DNA from: an uncultured Candidatus Rokubacteria bacterium
GTDB taxonomy: Bacteria > Methylomirabilota > Methylomirabilia > Rokubacteriales > CSP1-6
Length of the DNA stretch: 64,000 nt
NCBI GenBank assembly: GCA_963771355.1
Contig: CAVYTA010000004.1
Location: forward strand, 102,477-166,476
Reading direction: 5' to 3'
Position 1 is the stretch's first letter. The number at the start of each line of letters is the position of its first letter. The notes beneath the pieces are model-generated. The model searched no databases and had not been told where the DNA came from. It was given only the letters and a program-made list of their open reading frames with translations. Positions 26,463-37,090 of this stretch are shown here, piece by piece. The position numbers were made by a program, and so were the translations under genes.

Positions 26463-28106
26463 ATGAACCACGCCGATCGACCGGACTCAGTCCCCGAGGG
26501 GGCGAGCCTCGGCGAACGCTTTGCCCGCCTGCTCCTGACCCGCTCGCCGCTGGGCGCCCTGGTCCGGCGCGTCGCTCGCATCCGCGCGTCCGTCCACGCC
26601 AAGCTGCTGGGCGCGTTCCTTCTCATCGCGCTCCTCCTCATCGCCATGGCGGTGATGAGCCTCCAGGCCATCAACAGCGTGGCCCGCCAGAGCCGGCTCC
26701 TGGATCAGGCCCACCAGCGGGTGGAGGACTCCCGCCAGATCGCCCGCACCGTGGGTGCGCAGATGAACTTCATCCGGAATGCCGTGCTCCTCCGGGACGA
26801 GGCGACCATCGAGAGCATCCTCCGGGAGAGCGACCGGTTCGGCAATACGCTCGCCGTCCTCGATCGGTCCGCCGCGTCGGAGGAGAAGGAAGCCATCCAG
26901 CGGATTCGCGAGGTCCATACCCAGGTCCTGAGCACGGTGGGGGCGGTGGCGACGCTCATCCGGGCGGGCAAGGTCGACGAGGCGATGACGCTCCATCTCA
27001 ACGAAAGCCAGCCTCTCTACCGGGAGGTCACCAGCCTCGTCACCCGGGTCGTTCAAAGTGAAGAGGCGGAGATGGCCCGGCTTCGGCCGCAGGTGGCCGC
27101 GGCGAGCCGGAAAGCCCTGTGGCTCATGGGGGGCTTCGCGGCGGCCTCGATCTTCCTCGCGCTCCTGCTCGGGTTCGTCATCTCCTGGTCTTTCATCCTG
27201 CCCGTCCGGGAGGCCGAGGGATTCCTGGCGCACGTCACCAAGGGGGACTTCAGCACGAGCATCGACGTCCCGAATCGCGACGAGTTCGGCGCCCTGGCCG
27301 CCCGGATGAACGCGATGAGCCGAGAGCTGCATCAGCTCAACGAGGACCAGCGCCGGGCGGCGCAGCAGCTCCAGCGGCTGAACGCGGAGCTGGAGCAGGC
27401 CAGCCGGGCCAAGTCGGACTTCCTGGCCAACATGAGCCACGAGCTCCGCACGCCGATGAACGCGATCCTCGGCTTCACCGAGATGATCGTGGACGGCGTC
27501 TACGGCGACGTGCCGCCCGAGATTCGCGAGCCCGTCGCCGACATCAACACCTGCGGTCGGCAGCTCCTCCGTCTCATCAACGACGTGCTCGACCTCTCCA
27601 AGATCGAGGCCGGGCGCATGGAGCTCGCCCTCGATGCCTACTCGGTCGAGGATGTCGTGAACACCGTGAAGACCTCACTGCGGTCGCTGGCCGCGGAGAA
27701 GGGGCTGGACTTCGTCACCGTCGTCCAGCCGGACATGCCGATCTGCCACGGGGACGCCAAGCGCATCACGCAGTGCCTGGTGAACCTGGCCGGGAACGCG
27801 TTGAAGTTCACCCGCGAAGGACGGGTCGAGATCGGGGCGGAGATCCGGGACGGGGCGCTGCTCTTTCGGGTCTCCGATACCGGGATCGGTATCGCCGCCT
27901 CGCAGCTCGGACACATCTTCGAGGAGTTCCGGCAGGTGGACGCCACCATCACACGGGAATTCGGCGGAACGGGGCTGGGGCTCTCCATCACGAAGAAGTT
28001 CGTCGAGCTCCACGGCGGGCGGATCTGGGTGGAGAGCGAGGCCGGGAAGGGCTCGACGTTCTTCATCTCGATGCCGCTGACGGTGGAGCGGGGGGCTACG
28101 GCGTGA
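26463..28106 (+). CDS. Sensor histidine kinase (helical periplasmic sensor, HAMP, HisKA, HATPase_c)
   Basis: Two TM segments flank a helical sensor. HAMP-like PVREAEGFLAHVTKGDF...EFGALAARMN, H-box SHELRTPMNAI, and G-boxes DTGIGI and GGTGLGLSI. Confidence 0.85.
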   Translation: MNHADRPDSVPEGASLGERFARLLLTRSPLGALVRRVARIRASVHAKLLGAFLLIALLLIAMAVMSLQAINSVARQSRLLDQAHQRVEDSRQIARTVGAQMNFIRNAVLLRDEATIESILRESDRFGNTLAVLDRSAASEEKEAIQRIREVHTQVLSTVGAVATLIRAGKVDEAMTLHLNESQPLYREVTSLVTRVVQSEEAEMARLRPQVAAASRKALWLMGGFAAASIFLALLLGFVISWSFILPVREAEGFLAHVTKGDFSTSIDVPNRDEFGALAARMNAMSRELHQLNEDQRRAAQQLQRLNAELEQASRAKSDFLANMSHELRTPMNAILGFTEMIVDGVYGDVPPEIREPVADINTCGRQLLRLINDVLDLSKIEAGRMELALDAYSVEDVVNTVKTSLRSLAAEKGLDFVTVVQPDMPICHGDAKRITQCLVNLAGNALKFTREGRVEIGAEIRDGALLFRVSDTGIGIAASQLGHIFEEFRQVDATITREFGGTGLGLSITKKFVELHGGRIWVESEAGKGSTFFISMPLTVERGATA

Positions 28107-28471
28107 AAACGATACTCTACGTCGAGGACAACGAGTTCAACCGGAAGATCGTTCGCGATCTCCTGGGACGCTCCTCCTACCGGCTGATCGAGGCCACCGA
28201 CGGCGAGGCCGGGGTGGCGGCGGCGCGCGAGACGCTGCCGGACCTCATCATCATGGACATCCAGCTCCCCAAGCTGTCCGGGCTGGAGGCCACCCGTCAG
28301 CTCCGCGCCGAGCCCGCGACGGCGCACATCCCCATCATCGCGATGACGTCGTTCGCGCTGGCCGGTGACGAGGAGAAGGCCCGCGCGGCGGGGGCCGCCG
28401 CCTACCTCTCGAAGCCGTACAGCCCGCGGGAGCTGCGCCGGCTCATCGGAGAGCTGGCGCCGGAGGGCTGA
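28103..28471 (+). CDS. Stand-alone response regulator receiver protein
   Basis: The GTG start overlaps the kinase stop (GTGA). ILYVEDNEFN...LIIMDIQLPKLSG...AMTSFA...YLSKPY carries all receiver hallmarks. There is no output domain. Confidence 0.8.
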   Translation: MKTILYVEDNEFNRKIVRDLLGRSSYRLIEATDGEAGVAAARETLPDLIIMDIQLPKLSGLEATRQLRAEPATAHIPIIAMTSFALAGDEEKARAAGAAAYLSKPYSPRELRRLIGELAPEG

Positions 28472-28473
28472 TC

Positions 28474-29721
<1,248 letters not shown>

Positions 29722-29883
29722 TTATTGGCCCAGGCGGGCCCGCAGTCAAGCTTGGTGGCCAGCGGCCGGCCGGGCGGCCGTGATCGGGGTTCGTCCTCGG
29801 CGCGGGTGCATGCAATGGGGGGGAAGCGACGAGACAATGCGACGCGGGGCGCCCGAGTATGCTAACGAATAGGCGCCAGCGCA

Positions 29884-32193
29884 TTGGCCCTACGCATGGA
29901 GCAACGGCAGGCCGCCGAGCAGGCACTTCTGGAGGCCGTGGCGTTCCTCGTCACGGCGTGGAAGAACCTGTTCGCCTATCCACCCGGGCACCCCGCCCGC
30001 GCGGCCTCCCTCGACACCGCGCACCTCCGTCTCGCCGCGTTCATGGCCGAGTGGGGCCGCCTGGCGCTGGGCGTGACCCGGGACGGTCTCCTCTACGGAG
30101 AGAAGAAGATCGAGTCCGCCAATGTGGGAATGTTCGCCGAGGCCCTCTACCGTCGGAACGCGGCCCTGGTCTACATCGATGAGGACGTCGCCCCCCGTGA
30201 CCTCGAGTGTCTCCTGCGTCTGCTCGCCCACGCGCCCGGCGGACCCGAGCGCGCCACCATCGGCGAGGAGCTGCGTGCGGCCGACGTTGACCGCATCACC
30301 GTCACCTCCATCGACTACACGCGCCTCGTCACCACCGATCAGCTCAAGGTCGCTGAGCGCGGCCCGGCCGGATCCCTCTGGGACACGCTGATCGGCGCGC
30401 TCCTCTCCGGCAAGCACCTCACGCTCGACGACTCCGGGTCCTTGCCGGGCGGGACCTACTCGGCGACGGGCCTCGCCGACCTCCTGATCCGGTCTGGTGG
30501 CTTGGGTGGGGCGGGTGGGACCGGCGGGGCGGGTGGGACCGGCGGGCCGGGCGGGGCCGGTGGGCCGGGCGGACGGGGTGGGACCAGTGGGGCGGGCGGC
30601 GCCGCGGGCGAGGGTGGAGGCGGTGCGGCGATTTCTGCCCTGGCCGGCGCGATCACGGAGCACCTCACTCGCGTCAGGGGCCAGGAAAAGGACCTCTCCC
30701 TTCGTCAGGTCGCGGAGCTCCTCCGCGCGCTCCCGGCGGGGGTGCGTGAGCCGCTGCTCGCCGCCGCGCTCCGGACCCTCGACACCGAGGAGCAGTCCCA
30801 GGAGCGCCTGGCCAGCCTGGTGACGTCGCTCGGGCCCGATCAGGTGCTGCAGTCGCTGCGGCGCCTCAACACCGAGGGGATGCGGCTTTCGTCTCACGCG
30901 CTCCGCATGATCCAGACCCTGGCCGCGGCGCGCGAGCAGCTGACCAGCCCGGATCGTCTCGCGAGCGTGTCGGCGGACATCGCCGAGGTCTCGGCACTCC
31001 TCGCGGATGAGGACGTGGACCGCTTCAACTCCGAGGATCACCGTGCGCTCCTGGCGCAGGTGGCCGCGGTCGACCTCATGATCGCGCCGGTTTCCATCGT
31101 GTCCGACCGGAGCCTCATCGAGGCGGAGACCGAGTCCCTCACCGAGGCCGCAGTGGAGACGAGCCTGGTGGCGACGCTCCTCGACCTCGCCGCCGCCTGC
31201 CCGGAGCCGGTTCTCCCCATGGTCGTCGAACGGCTGCGGGCGTTCTTCGGGCAATCCCTCGCCACCGGGCGCTTCGAGCGTGCCGTCGGCATCCTCCGCG
31301 GGGTGCGTGCCCTCGCGGAGGACCCGCGCCTGACGTCGGCGCAGCGGGAGGGGCGCGCCGCGCTTCTTGGAGATCTCGCCAAGTCCCTGCCGCTCTCGTC
31401 GCTCCTCGCCGAGGCCGGCGCGTCCGAACGGCTGACCCTCGGCCAGATCCAGAGCGTGGTCGCCGAGCTGGGCCCCGGTGCCGTCCGCCCCGTCCTCGAG
31501 GCGCTGGCCGCCGAGCCCGATCGCGGGCGGCGCTTCCAGCTCTTCGACTTCGCCGAGTCCCTGGGTTCCGCCGTCGTTCCGGAGGCGACCCGGCTGCTCT
31601 TCGACACGCGTTGGTTCGTGGTGCGGAACATGATCCTCCTGCTCCGCAAGGTCGGGGATCGGTCGGCCCTGAAGGAGATCCAGCGCTGTGCCGAGGCTCT
31701 GGATCCGCGGGTCGGGCTCGAGGCGGTCATGATGCTCCTCGCCATCGACTCCAAGGTCTCGCGGGACCTCCTCGGCAAGATGATCAATCACCCGGACCCC
31801 AAGAGGGCCGAAGCCACCGTCGCCTTGACCGGCCAGCACGGCATCGTCGAGGCGATCGACCCGCTGGTGGCGATGCTGCTCCGGTGGGACCCTCTCGGGA
31901 GCCGGCTGTCCTTGCGGCTGCAGGCCCTCCGGGCGCTCAAGACGCTCAAGGCCGCCACGGTGGCGGCGGACCCGGAGGTGCTCGCCCGGCTCGCCCGGTA
32001 CTTCCGCCACTGGCGCGTGCCCCTGGTGCGCCTCGAGGAGCGCCGGGCCGCGTTCCGGCTCCTCGAGTCCTACCCCGAGGCGCTACGGGCCCCGTATGTG
32101 CGGCGAGGCCAGCGGTCCAAGGATTCGGTCATCCGCGCGATCTGCGACCGGCTCGCCAAGCAATCCGACGCGCCGCCCGGGAAGACCCCGTGA
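29884..32193 (+). CDS. Large HEAT-repeat protein with HD-GYP-N-terminal-like domain and internal (GGX)n linker
   Basis: 769 aa. The C-terminal third has HEAT-like repeats (DPRVGLEAVMMLLAI..., HPDPKRAEATVALTGQHGIVEAIDPLVAMLL). The TTG start is at 29884, with an alternative ATG at 29896. The stop overlaps the next gene's start. Confidence 0.6.
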   Translation: MALRMEQRQAAEQALLEAVAFLVTAWKNLFAYPPGHPARAASLDTAHLRLAAFMAEWGRLALGVTRDGLLYGEKKIESANVGMFAEALYRRNAALVYIDEDVAPRDLECLLRLLAHAPGGPERATIGEELRAADVDRITVTSIDYTRLVTTDQLKVAERGPAGSLWDTLIGALLSGKHLTLDDSGSLPGGTYSATGLADLLIRSGGLGGAGGTGGAGGTGGPGGAGGPGGRGGTSGAGGAAGEGGGGAAISALAGAITEHLTRVRGQEKDLSLRQVAELLRALPAGVREPLLAAALRTLDTEEQSQERLASLVTSLGPDQVLQSLRRLNTEGMRLSSHALRMIQTLAAAREQLTSPDRLASVSADIAEVSALLADEDVDRFNSEDHRALLAQVAAVDLMIAPVSIVSDRSLIEAETESLTEAAVETSLVATLLDLAAACPEPVLPMVVERLRAFFGQSLATGRFERAVGILRGVRALAEDPRLTSAQREGRAALLGDLAKSLPLSSLLAEAGASERLTLGQIQSVVAELGPGAVRPVLEALAAEPDRGRRFQLFDFAESLGSAVVPEATRLLFDTRWFVVRNMILLLRKVGDRSALKEIQRCAEALDPRVGLEAVMMLLAIDSKVSRDLLGKMINHPDPKRAEATVALTGQHGIVEAIDPLVAMLLRWDPLGSRLSLRLQALRALKTLKAATVAADPEVLARLARYFRHWRVPLVRLEERRAAFRLLESYPEALRAPYVRRGQRSKDSVIRAICDRLAKQSDAPPGKTP
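30496..30630 (+). repeat. G-tract-rich coding tandem repeat (18-nt unit GGGGCGGGTGGGACCGGC, two perfect copies plus degenerate copies)
   Basis: Perfect copies lie at 30508-30525 and 30526-30543, followed by diverged copies. The region encodes GGLGGAGGTGGAGGTGGPGGAGGPGGRGGTSGAGGAAGEGGGG. Confidence 0.7.
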
Positions 32194-33362
32194 CCGGCGA
32201 GCTCCTGCCCGGGGTGCCGCCGGCGGTCGACCGACTCATCGCCCACATCGCCGGGGCCATCAACGCGCGGTCGCTTTACGCCGGCACGCACCCCGCGGTG
32301 GCGGCTCACGTCGAGCGGCTCATCGAGAGCGTGGAGGCGGCCTGCGCGGAGCGGAAGAAAGACGCGCTCACCTTCCTCGTGGTGGGAGGGGATCTCGTCG
32401 TCGAGAACCAGCCGATGCGCAAGGGGGGGCTTCACCACGATCAGTTCATCCGTGTCCTCAGCCGGCGGGGCGTGGAGCGGCTGACCATTGCCCGCGGCGT
32501 GACCGCCGCCGAGTGCCTGGACTTTCTCACGCCGATGGTGGTGGGAGGCATTCCGCTGTCGAGCGAGCACATCATCGTGGGCCGGGTGGAGATGCGCCCA
32601 GCGGGCGGGGCGGGGGCGACAACGGCATCGCGTCCGGTGGACGCGGCCGGCGTCGAGCGGCTCTCCTCGGAGAGCGTGGACCGCGCGCGCGAGGCGTTCG
32701 GCCAGTTCCGCTCCGACCGGCGCGGGGGATTGGGGCGCCTCGAGGAGATCGTCTGGAGCCTCATGGAGGCGCTGTCCTCCGCCACGCGCGAGATCCTGCC
32801 CCTGGCGCCGCTGAAGACCCACGACGACTACACCTTCGTCCACTCCGTCAACGTCTCGCTTCTCACCTTGGCCCAGGCGCGCGCGTTCGGCTTCGCGGGA
32901 GACGCGCTTCATGCCATCGGGGTCGCGGCGCTGCTGCACGACGTGGGCAAGCTCAGGATCCCCCTCGAGGTGCTCAACAAGCCGGGCAAGCTCGAGGGCG
33001 AGGAGTGGAACATCATGAAGAGCCACGCCGAAGTGGGAGCGCTGCACCTGTGCGGGATCGAGGGGAGCTACCCCCTGGCCATTCTGGTGGCGTACGAGCA
33101 CCACATGCGCTATGACGGCAAGCCGAACTACCCGGTGACGGCGGTGCCGCGGAAGCCGACCCTGGCCAGCCAGATGACGGCCATCTCGGACGTCTTCGAC
33201 GCCCTCTGCACCACGCGGCCGTACCACAAGGCGCGCGCGCGCTCCGTCGCGCTCGGGATCATCCGGGAGCGCGTGGGCACCTTCCATCACCCCGCATTGG
33301 TGGCGAACTTCGCGCGCATGATCGGCGCCGACGAGCCGGCGGCGACGCCCGAGACCCCCTAG
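32190..33362 (+). CDS. HD-GYP-type metal-dependent phosphohydrolase (putative c-di-GMP phosphodiesterase), variant motif
   Basis: The GTG start overlaps the upstream stop (GTGA). HD motif ALLHDVGK. The second motif, YEHHMRYDGKPNYP, is close to HHExxDGxGYP but has NYP and one extra residue. Confidence 0.8.
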   Translation: MTGELLPGVPPAVDRLIAHIAGAINARSLYAGTHPAVAAHVERLIESVEAACAERKKDALTFLVVGGDLVVENQPMRKGGLHHDQFIRVLSRRGVERLTIARGVTAAECLDFLTPMVVGGIPLSSEHIIVGRVEMRPAGGAGATTASRPVDAAGVERLSSESVDRAREAFGQFRSDRRGGLGRLEEIVWSLMEALSSATREILPLAPLKTHDDYTFVHSVNVSLLTLAQARAFGFAGDALHAIGVAALLHDVGKLRIPLEVLNKPGKLEGEEWNIMKSHAEVGALHLCGIEGSYPLAILVAYEHHMRYDGKPNYPVTAVPRKPTLASQMTAISDVFDALCTTRPYHKARARSVALGIIRERVGTFHHPALVANFARMIGADEPAATPETP

Positions 33363-33545
33363 CCGCTTGCGGCGGTCGACCACGGCTTCCATTCGCGCGA
33401 CCGGCCAATGCTCCCGGGGGAGGCCCGGGCCCCGAGCCCGAAGCAAGTCCGGGACATTCATGCAATCAAGCATGCGATCAAGCACTTCGGGCGCTGGCCC
33501 CCTCCTTGCCCTGCGTCACGGCAAGTTTCGACAAGGAGGCCAGCG

Positions 33546-33827
33546 ATGCGGATCCGGACTCTCACGGTGGTGTTCGTGGCGGCGTCGGCGGCTCTGGCCG
33601 CCGGGCTGACGGAACGGCTGCAGACGGAGCGCATGACGGTGCTCGAGGTGGATGAGGCGGCCGGCCGGTTCCAGTGCGCCGAGCACCGGCGCTGGACGAC
33701 GGTGGCGAAGGACAGCATCGCCCCGGTGCGCACCGGCGATATCGTTCGCGTCGAGCGGCTCGGCAGCCATCCGGCGCGATTGATCGTGCTGCGGTCGGCG
33801 GCGGACGAGCTGGCGAGCCCCGAGTAG
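33546..33827 (+). CDS. Small exported hypothetical protein (93 aa)
   Basis: ATG preceded by AAGGAGG. Signal peptide MRIRTLTVVFVAASAALAAG. I recognise no family. Confidence 0.45.
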   Translation: MRIRTLTVVFVAASAALAAGLTERLQTERMTVLEVDEAAGRFQCAEHRRWTTVAKDSIAPVRTGDIVRVERLGSHPARLIVLRSAADELASPE

Positions 33828-33849
33828 CGGGGAGGGTGATCGGCGGCGG

Positions 33850-34602
33850 CTACTGCGCGGTCCAGCCTCCGTCGATCACCAGCTCGCTGCCGGTCACGAA
33901 CCGCGACTCGTCGGAAGCGAGATAGAGCACGCCGTAGGCGACCTCCTCGGCCTCGCCGTAGCGGCCGAGCGGAATGCGCGAAGTCATGCGCGCGAAGATC
34001 GTGGGGTCGGCGCGGCGCCCCTCCGTCATCGGGGTGACGATGGGCCCGGGGTGCACGGAGTTGGCGCGAATGCGCTCCTTCGCGTACTGGAGCGCGGTCA
34101 GCTTGGTGAGGAGCCGCACCGCGCCCTTGGAGGCCTGGTACTGCGGGCTGCTGTCATCCATGCCGACCAGGCCGAGCTGCGAGGAGATGTTCACGATGGA
34201 GCCGCCGCCGGCCTGCCGAAGCGCCGGGATCGCGGCCCGGGTGCCGAGGAAGACGCCGGTAGCATTGACGTCCATCACCCGGTTCCAGTCCTCCAGCCGG
34301 GTATCCTCGAGTCGGCCGGCGCTGCCGATGCCGGCGTTGTTGACGAGGATGTCGAGCCGTTGGAAGCGGCTCACCGTTGTCTCCACCGCGCGCGGCCAGG
34401 CGCTCTCGCTGGTGACGTCGAGGGGGAGATACAGCGCCTGGCTGCCCGCCGCCGCCAGCTCGGCCTCCATCCGGCGTCCCTCGGCCTCGAGGAGGTCGCC
34501 GATCACCACCCGCGCGCCCTCGCGCGCGAAAAGCCGCGCGGTGGCGGCGCCGATTCCCCGCGCGCCCCCGCTGATCAGCGCGGTCTTCCCCTCCAGTCTC
34601 AT
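33850..34602 (-). CDS. SDR family oxidoreductase (3-oxoacyl-ACP reductase/glucose dehydrogenase-like)
   Basis: SGGARGIG, NNAG and YQASK motifs, 250 aa. Confidence 0.85.
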   Translation of the reverse strand: MRLEGKTALISGGARGIGAATARLFAREGARVVIGDLLEAEGRRMEAELAAAGSQALYLPLDVTSESAWPRAVETTVSRFQRLDILVNNAGIGSAGRLEDTRLEDWNRVMDVNATGVFLGTRAAIPALRQAGGGSIVNISSQLGLVGMDDSSPQYQASKGAVRLLTKLTALQYAKERIRANSVHPGPIVTPMTEGRRADPTIFARMTSRIPLGRYGEAEEVAYGVLYLASDESRFVTGSELVIDGGWTAQ

Positions 34603-34619
34603 GACCTTAGGGCGCGGGG

Positions 34620-35135
34620 TCAGGCGGGGGACGTCGGGGGGAGCGCGGCCCGCACCGCGTCCACCACCTGCTGCAGGTCGTACGGCTTGCCGATGATCTC
34701 GATGGCCTCCGTCTCCCCGACCAGGTTATCGAGGGCGGGCTTGTTCGTGGTGGTGATGATGAACTGCCGGGTCTTCACGGGCTCCGAGCTGCGGACCAGG
34801 CGGAGAAAGGTCCAGTTGGCGTCGTAAGGCGGGGAGATGTCGTAGACGATCACCGAGGGCGCGTGGTCCTGGATGAACTCGATGAAGTCGAACTGGCCGC
34901 TCTTCACCTCCGGGATGTGACCGCTGACCGTCTGGAACCCCTGCCCCTCGAGCGCGGTGCGCAGCATGTCCACCGTATCCGAGCTGGAGTTGAACACGGC
35001 GATGACGGGTTTCCGGGCAGGGTGTCCGTCACGGGAAGGCAGGTCATTGTGTGCGCCCACGCGGTCCCCCACCCGGCAGAGCCTATCGTGTTCACCCGGC
35101 GGTGTCCAGGGGCGGAGCCCGCGGGAGAGGCTCAT
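34620..35135 (-). CDS. Atypical receiver-fold protein (acidic pocket partly replaced)
   Basis: The ATG overlaps the stop of the upstream hybrid kinase (ATGA). The core VIAVFNSSSDTV...VIVYDISPP...IITTT...IIGKPY follows the receiver beta-alpha pattern, with the phospho-Asp, Thr and Lys positions retained but the N-terminal DD replaced by FN. The N-terminal 40 aa are poorly protein-like, so the true start may be further downstream. Confidence 0.5.
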   Translation of the reverse strand: MSLSRGLRPWTPPGEHDRLCRVGDRVGAHNDLPSRDGHPARKPVIAVFNSSSDTVDMLRTALEGQGFQTVSGHIPEVKSGQFDFIEFIQDHAPSVIVYDISPPYDANWTFLRLVRSSEPVKTRQFIITTTNKPALDNLVGETEAIEIIGKPYDLQQVVDAVRAALPPTSPA

Positions 35136-36817
35136 CCCGCGCGGCCCGCCAAGCTTGCGACGATGGCGGTCAATTCGTCGGGGTCGACCGGCTTGGAGAC
35201 ATGGATGTTGAAACCCGCCATGAGGCTCCGGATCCGGTCTTCCGGGCGGCCGAACGCGGTCAGCGCCACCGCCGGCGTCTTCCCGCCCCGCTCCGGGGAG
35301 AGCGCGCGGATCTTGCGAATGAGCGTGTAGCCGTCCTCGCCCGGCATCTCGATGTCGGACACGAGCACGTCCGGGCGCCACTGCTCGAGCATGCGGAGCG
35401 CCTCCTCCGCCGTCACCGTGCCCCGAACTTCTCCGCCCGCCTGGGCCAGCACCTCCTGCACCAGCTCCACCGCGGCCGGATCGTCATCGACCACCAGGAT
35501 GCGGATGCCGACCAGGGAAGGACTCTCGGGAGGCCCGCCCTTGGCCTGCGCCACCGCGTGCTCGCGGACCCCGGCCACCATCAGGGGCAGCTTCACGACG
35601 AAGGTGGCGCCCAGCCCTGGGCCCGGGCTCTCCGCGAAGACGCTGCCGCCGTGCAGCTCGGCGATGTGGCGAACCAGCGCGAGACCGATGCCCAGTCCCC
35701 CATGCGCTCGGCTGCGGGTGCTGTCTCCCTGGCGCAAGCGATCGAAGATATAGGGCAGGAGCTCCGCGCTGATACCTTGTCCCGTATCGTTCACGACGAT
35801 CTCGACGTGGGACATGACGTGCTGAAGCTTGACCAGGACACGGCCCTGCTTCGGCGTGAACTTGACCGCGTTGTACAGCAGGTTCCACACCACTTGCTGG
35901 AGCCGACCGGGATCGCCGCTCACCTGCGCCCCCGGCGAGTCGAGCACCGACTGCAGCTGGATGCCCTTTGCATCCGCTCCCGGCCGGACGGCATCCAGCG
36001 CCTCTCCGATGACGTCCGCGACATTGACCGGCTGGATGGCCAGCCGCATCCTCCCGCTCACGACGCTCGACATGTCCAGGAGATCGTCGACGAGCCGGAC
36101 CTGCACCTCGACATTGCGCAGGATGATCGCGATCGCTCGGCGTGACTGCTCCTCGCCGAGCTTGCCCGCCTCGAGCAGTCTCGCCCACCCCGACACCGCG
36201 TTGAGCGGGTTCCGCAGCTCGTGGGACAGGGTCATCAGGAACTCGTCCTTCGCCCGGGTCGCCGCTTCGGTGGCGCGGTTCGCCGCCTCGGTGTCTCGCT
36301 GCAGATCCGCGCTGTGGAGCGCGAGCGCGACCTGACCCGCCACCACCTCGGCCGTTCCCACGTCCACGCGATCGTAGGAACCGGCCGACTCCGTCATCGC
36401 GAAGGTGATGGCGCCGAGGACGCGGTCGCGGGCAGTCAGGGGCAGGACGAGCCACGCGCGCGGGCTCAGCTGCTGGAGGCGCCTGAGCTGATCGGCGTTC
36501 TGCGCTTCCGTCATGAAGTCGGTCTCGGTGGCCCCGGAGACCATGACGGGCCGCCCGGAGCGGAGGGCCGCCCGCACGCCAATGGGTGTCTCGTACACGA
36601 GGGCTTCTTTCGCCTCGTCCCGGTGCGTGCAGGCGACGCGGCTGGGGGTGCCGTCCGCGCCGAGGATGTCGATGGCGCACAGGTCGCCCAGGACGGGGAC
36701 CGCGAGGCGAACGAGCCGGGACAGCGTGCGGTCACGTCCGAGCGTGGAGGCGAGCAGCGCGCCCACCTCGGCCAGAAGGGACAGACGGCCTTCCAGGGAT
36801 CGTCGGGAGCGCGTCAT
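35132..36817 (-). CDS. Hybrid sensor histidine kinase (GAF, HisKA, HATPase_c, receiver)
   Basis: GAF-like N-terminal region, H-box SHELRNPLNAV, G-boxes DTGQGI and GGLGIGLAL, and a C-terminal receiver ILVVDDDP...VLVSDIEMPGEDG...ALTAF...HVSKPV. The start was trimmed to ATG 36817. Confidence 0.85.
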   Translation of the reverse strand: MTRSRRSLEGRLSLLAEVGALLASTLGRDRTLSRLVRLAVPVLGDLCAIDILGADGTPSRVACTHRDEAKEALVYETPIGVRAALRSGRPVMVSGATETDFMTEAQNADQLRRLQQLSPRAWLVLPLTARDRVLGAITFAMTESAGSYDRVDVGTAEVVAGQVALALHSADLQRDTEAANRATEAATRAKDEFLMTLSHELRNPLNAVSGWARLLEAGKLGEEQSRRAIAIILRNVEVQVRLVDDLLDMSSVVSGRMRLAIQPVNVADVIGEALDAVRPGADAKGIQLQSVLDSPGAQVSGDPGRLQQVVWNLLYNAVKFTPKQGRVLVKLQHVMSHVEIVVNDTGQGISAELLPYIFDRLRQGDSTRSRAHGGLGIGLALVRHIAELHGGSVFAESPGPGLGATFVVKLPLMVAGVREHAVAQAKGGPPESPSLVGIRILVVDDDPAAVELVQEVLAQAGGEVRGTVTAEEALRMLEQWRPDVLVSDIEMPGEDGYTLIRKIRALSPERGGKTPAVALTAFGRPEDRIRSLMAGFNIHVSKPVDPDELTAIVASLAGRAG

Positions 36818-37090
36818 ACCAATTGGCCAGTGTGGTGGAGAGCAATCGAGATGCCGACCGCTCGGTGGAGGGGCGGTCCCAGCGCAAAGCCGCGAATCTT
36901 CCGCCATCCTGGTGTGGAGCGGAGGCCGCGGTTCGCTCAATCCAGGGAAAATATACTGCGTAAGAACCGACATTCACCGGGCTCGAAGGGGGGACTTGCC
37001 GTGCGGGGCCGTCCCGGGGTACGGTCGGGGCGTCGTCGTTGTCCTTCGTACCGGCCTTCCCACAGGCGTTTCGAACGGAGGAGCAAGCCA

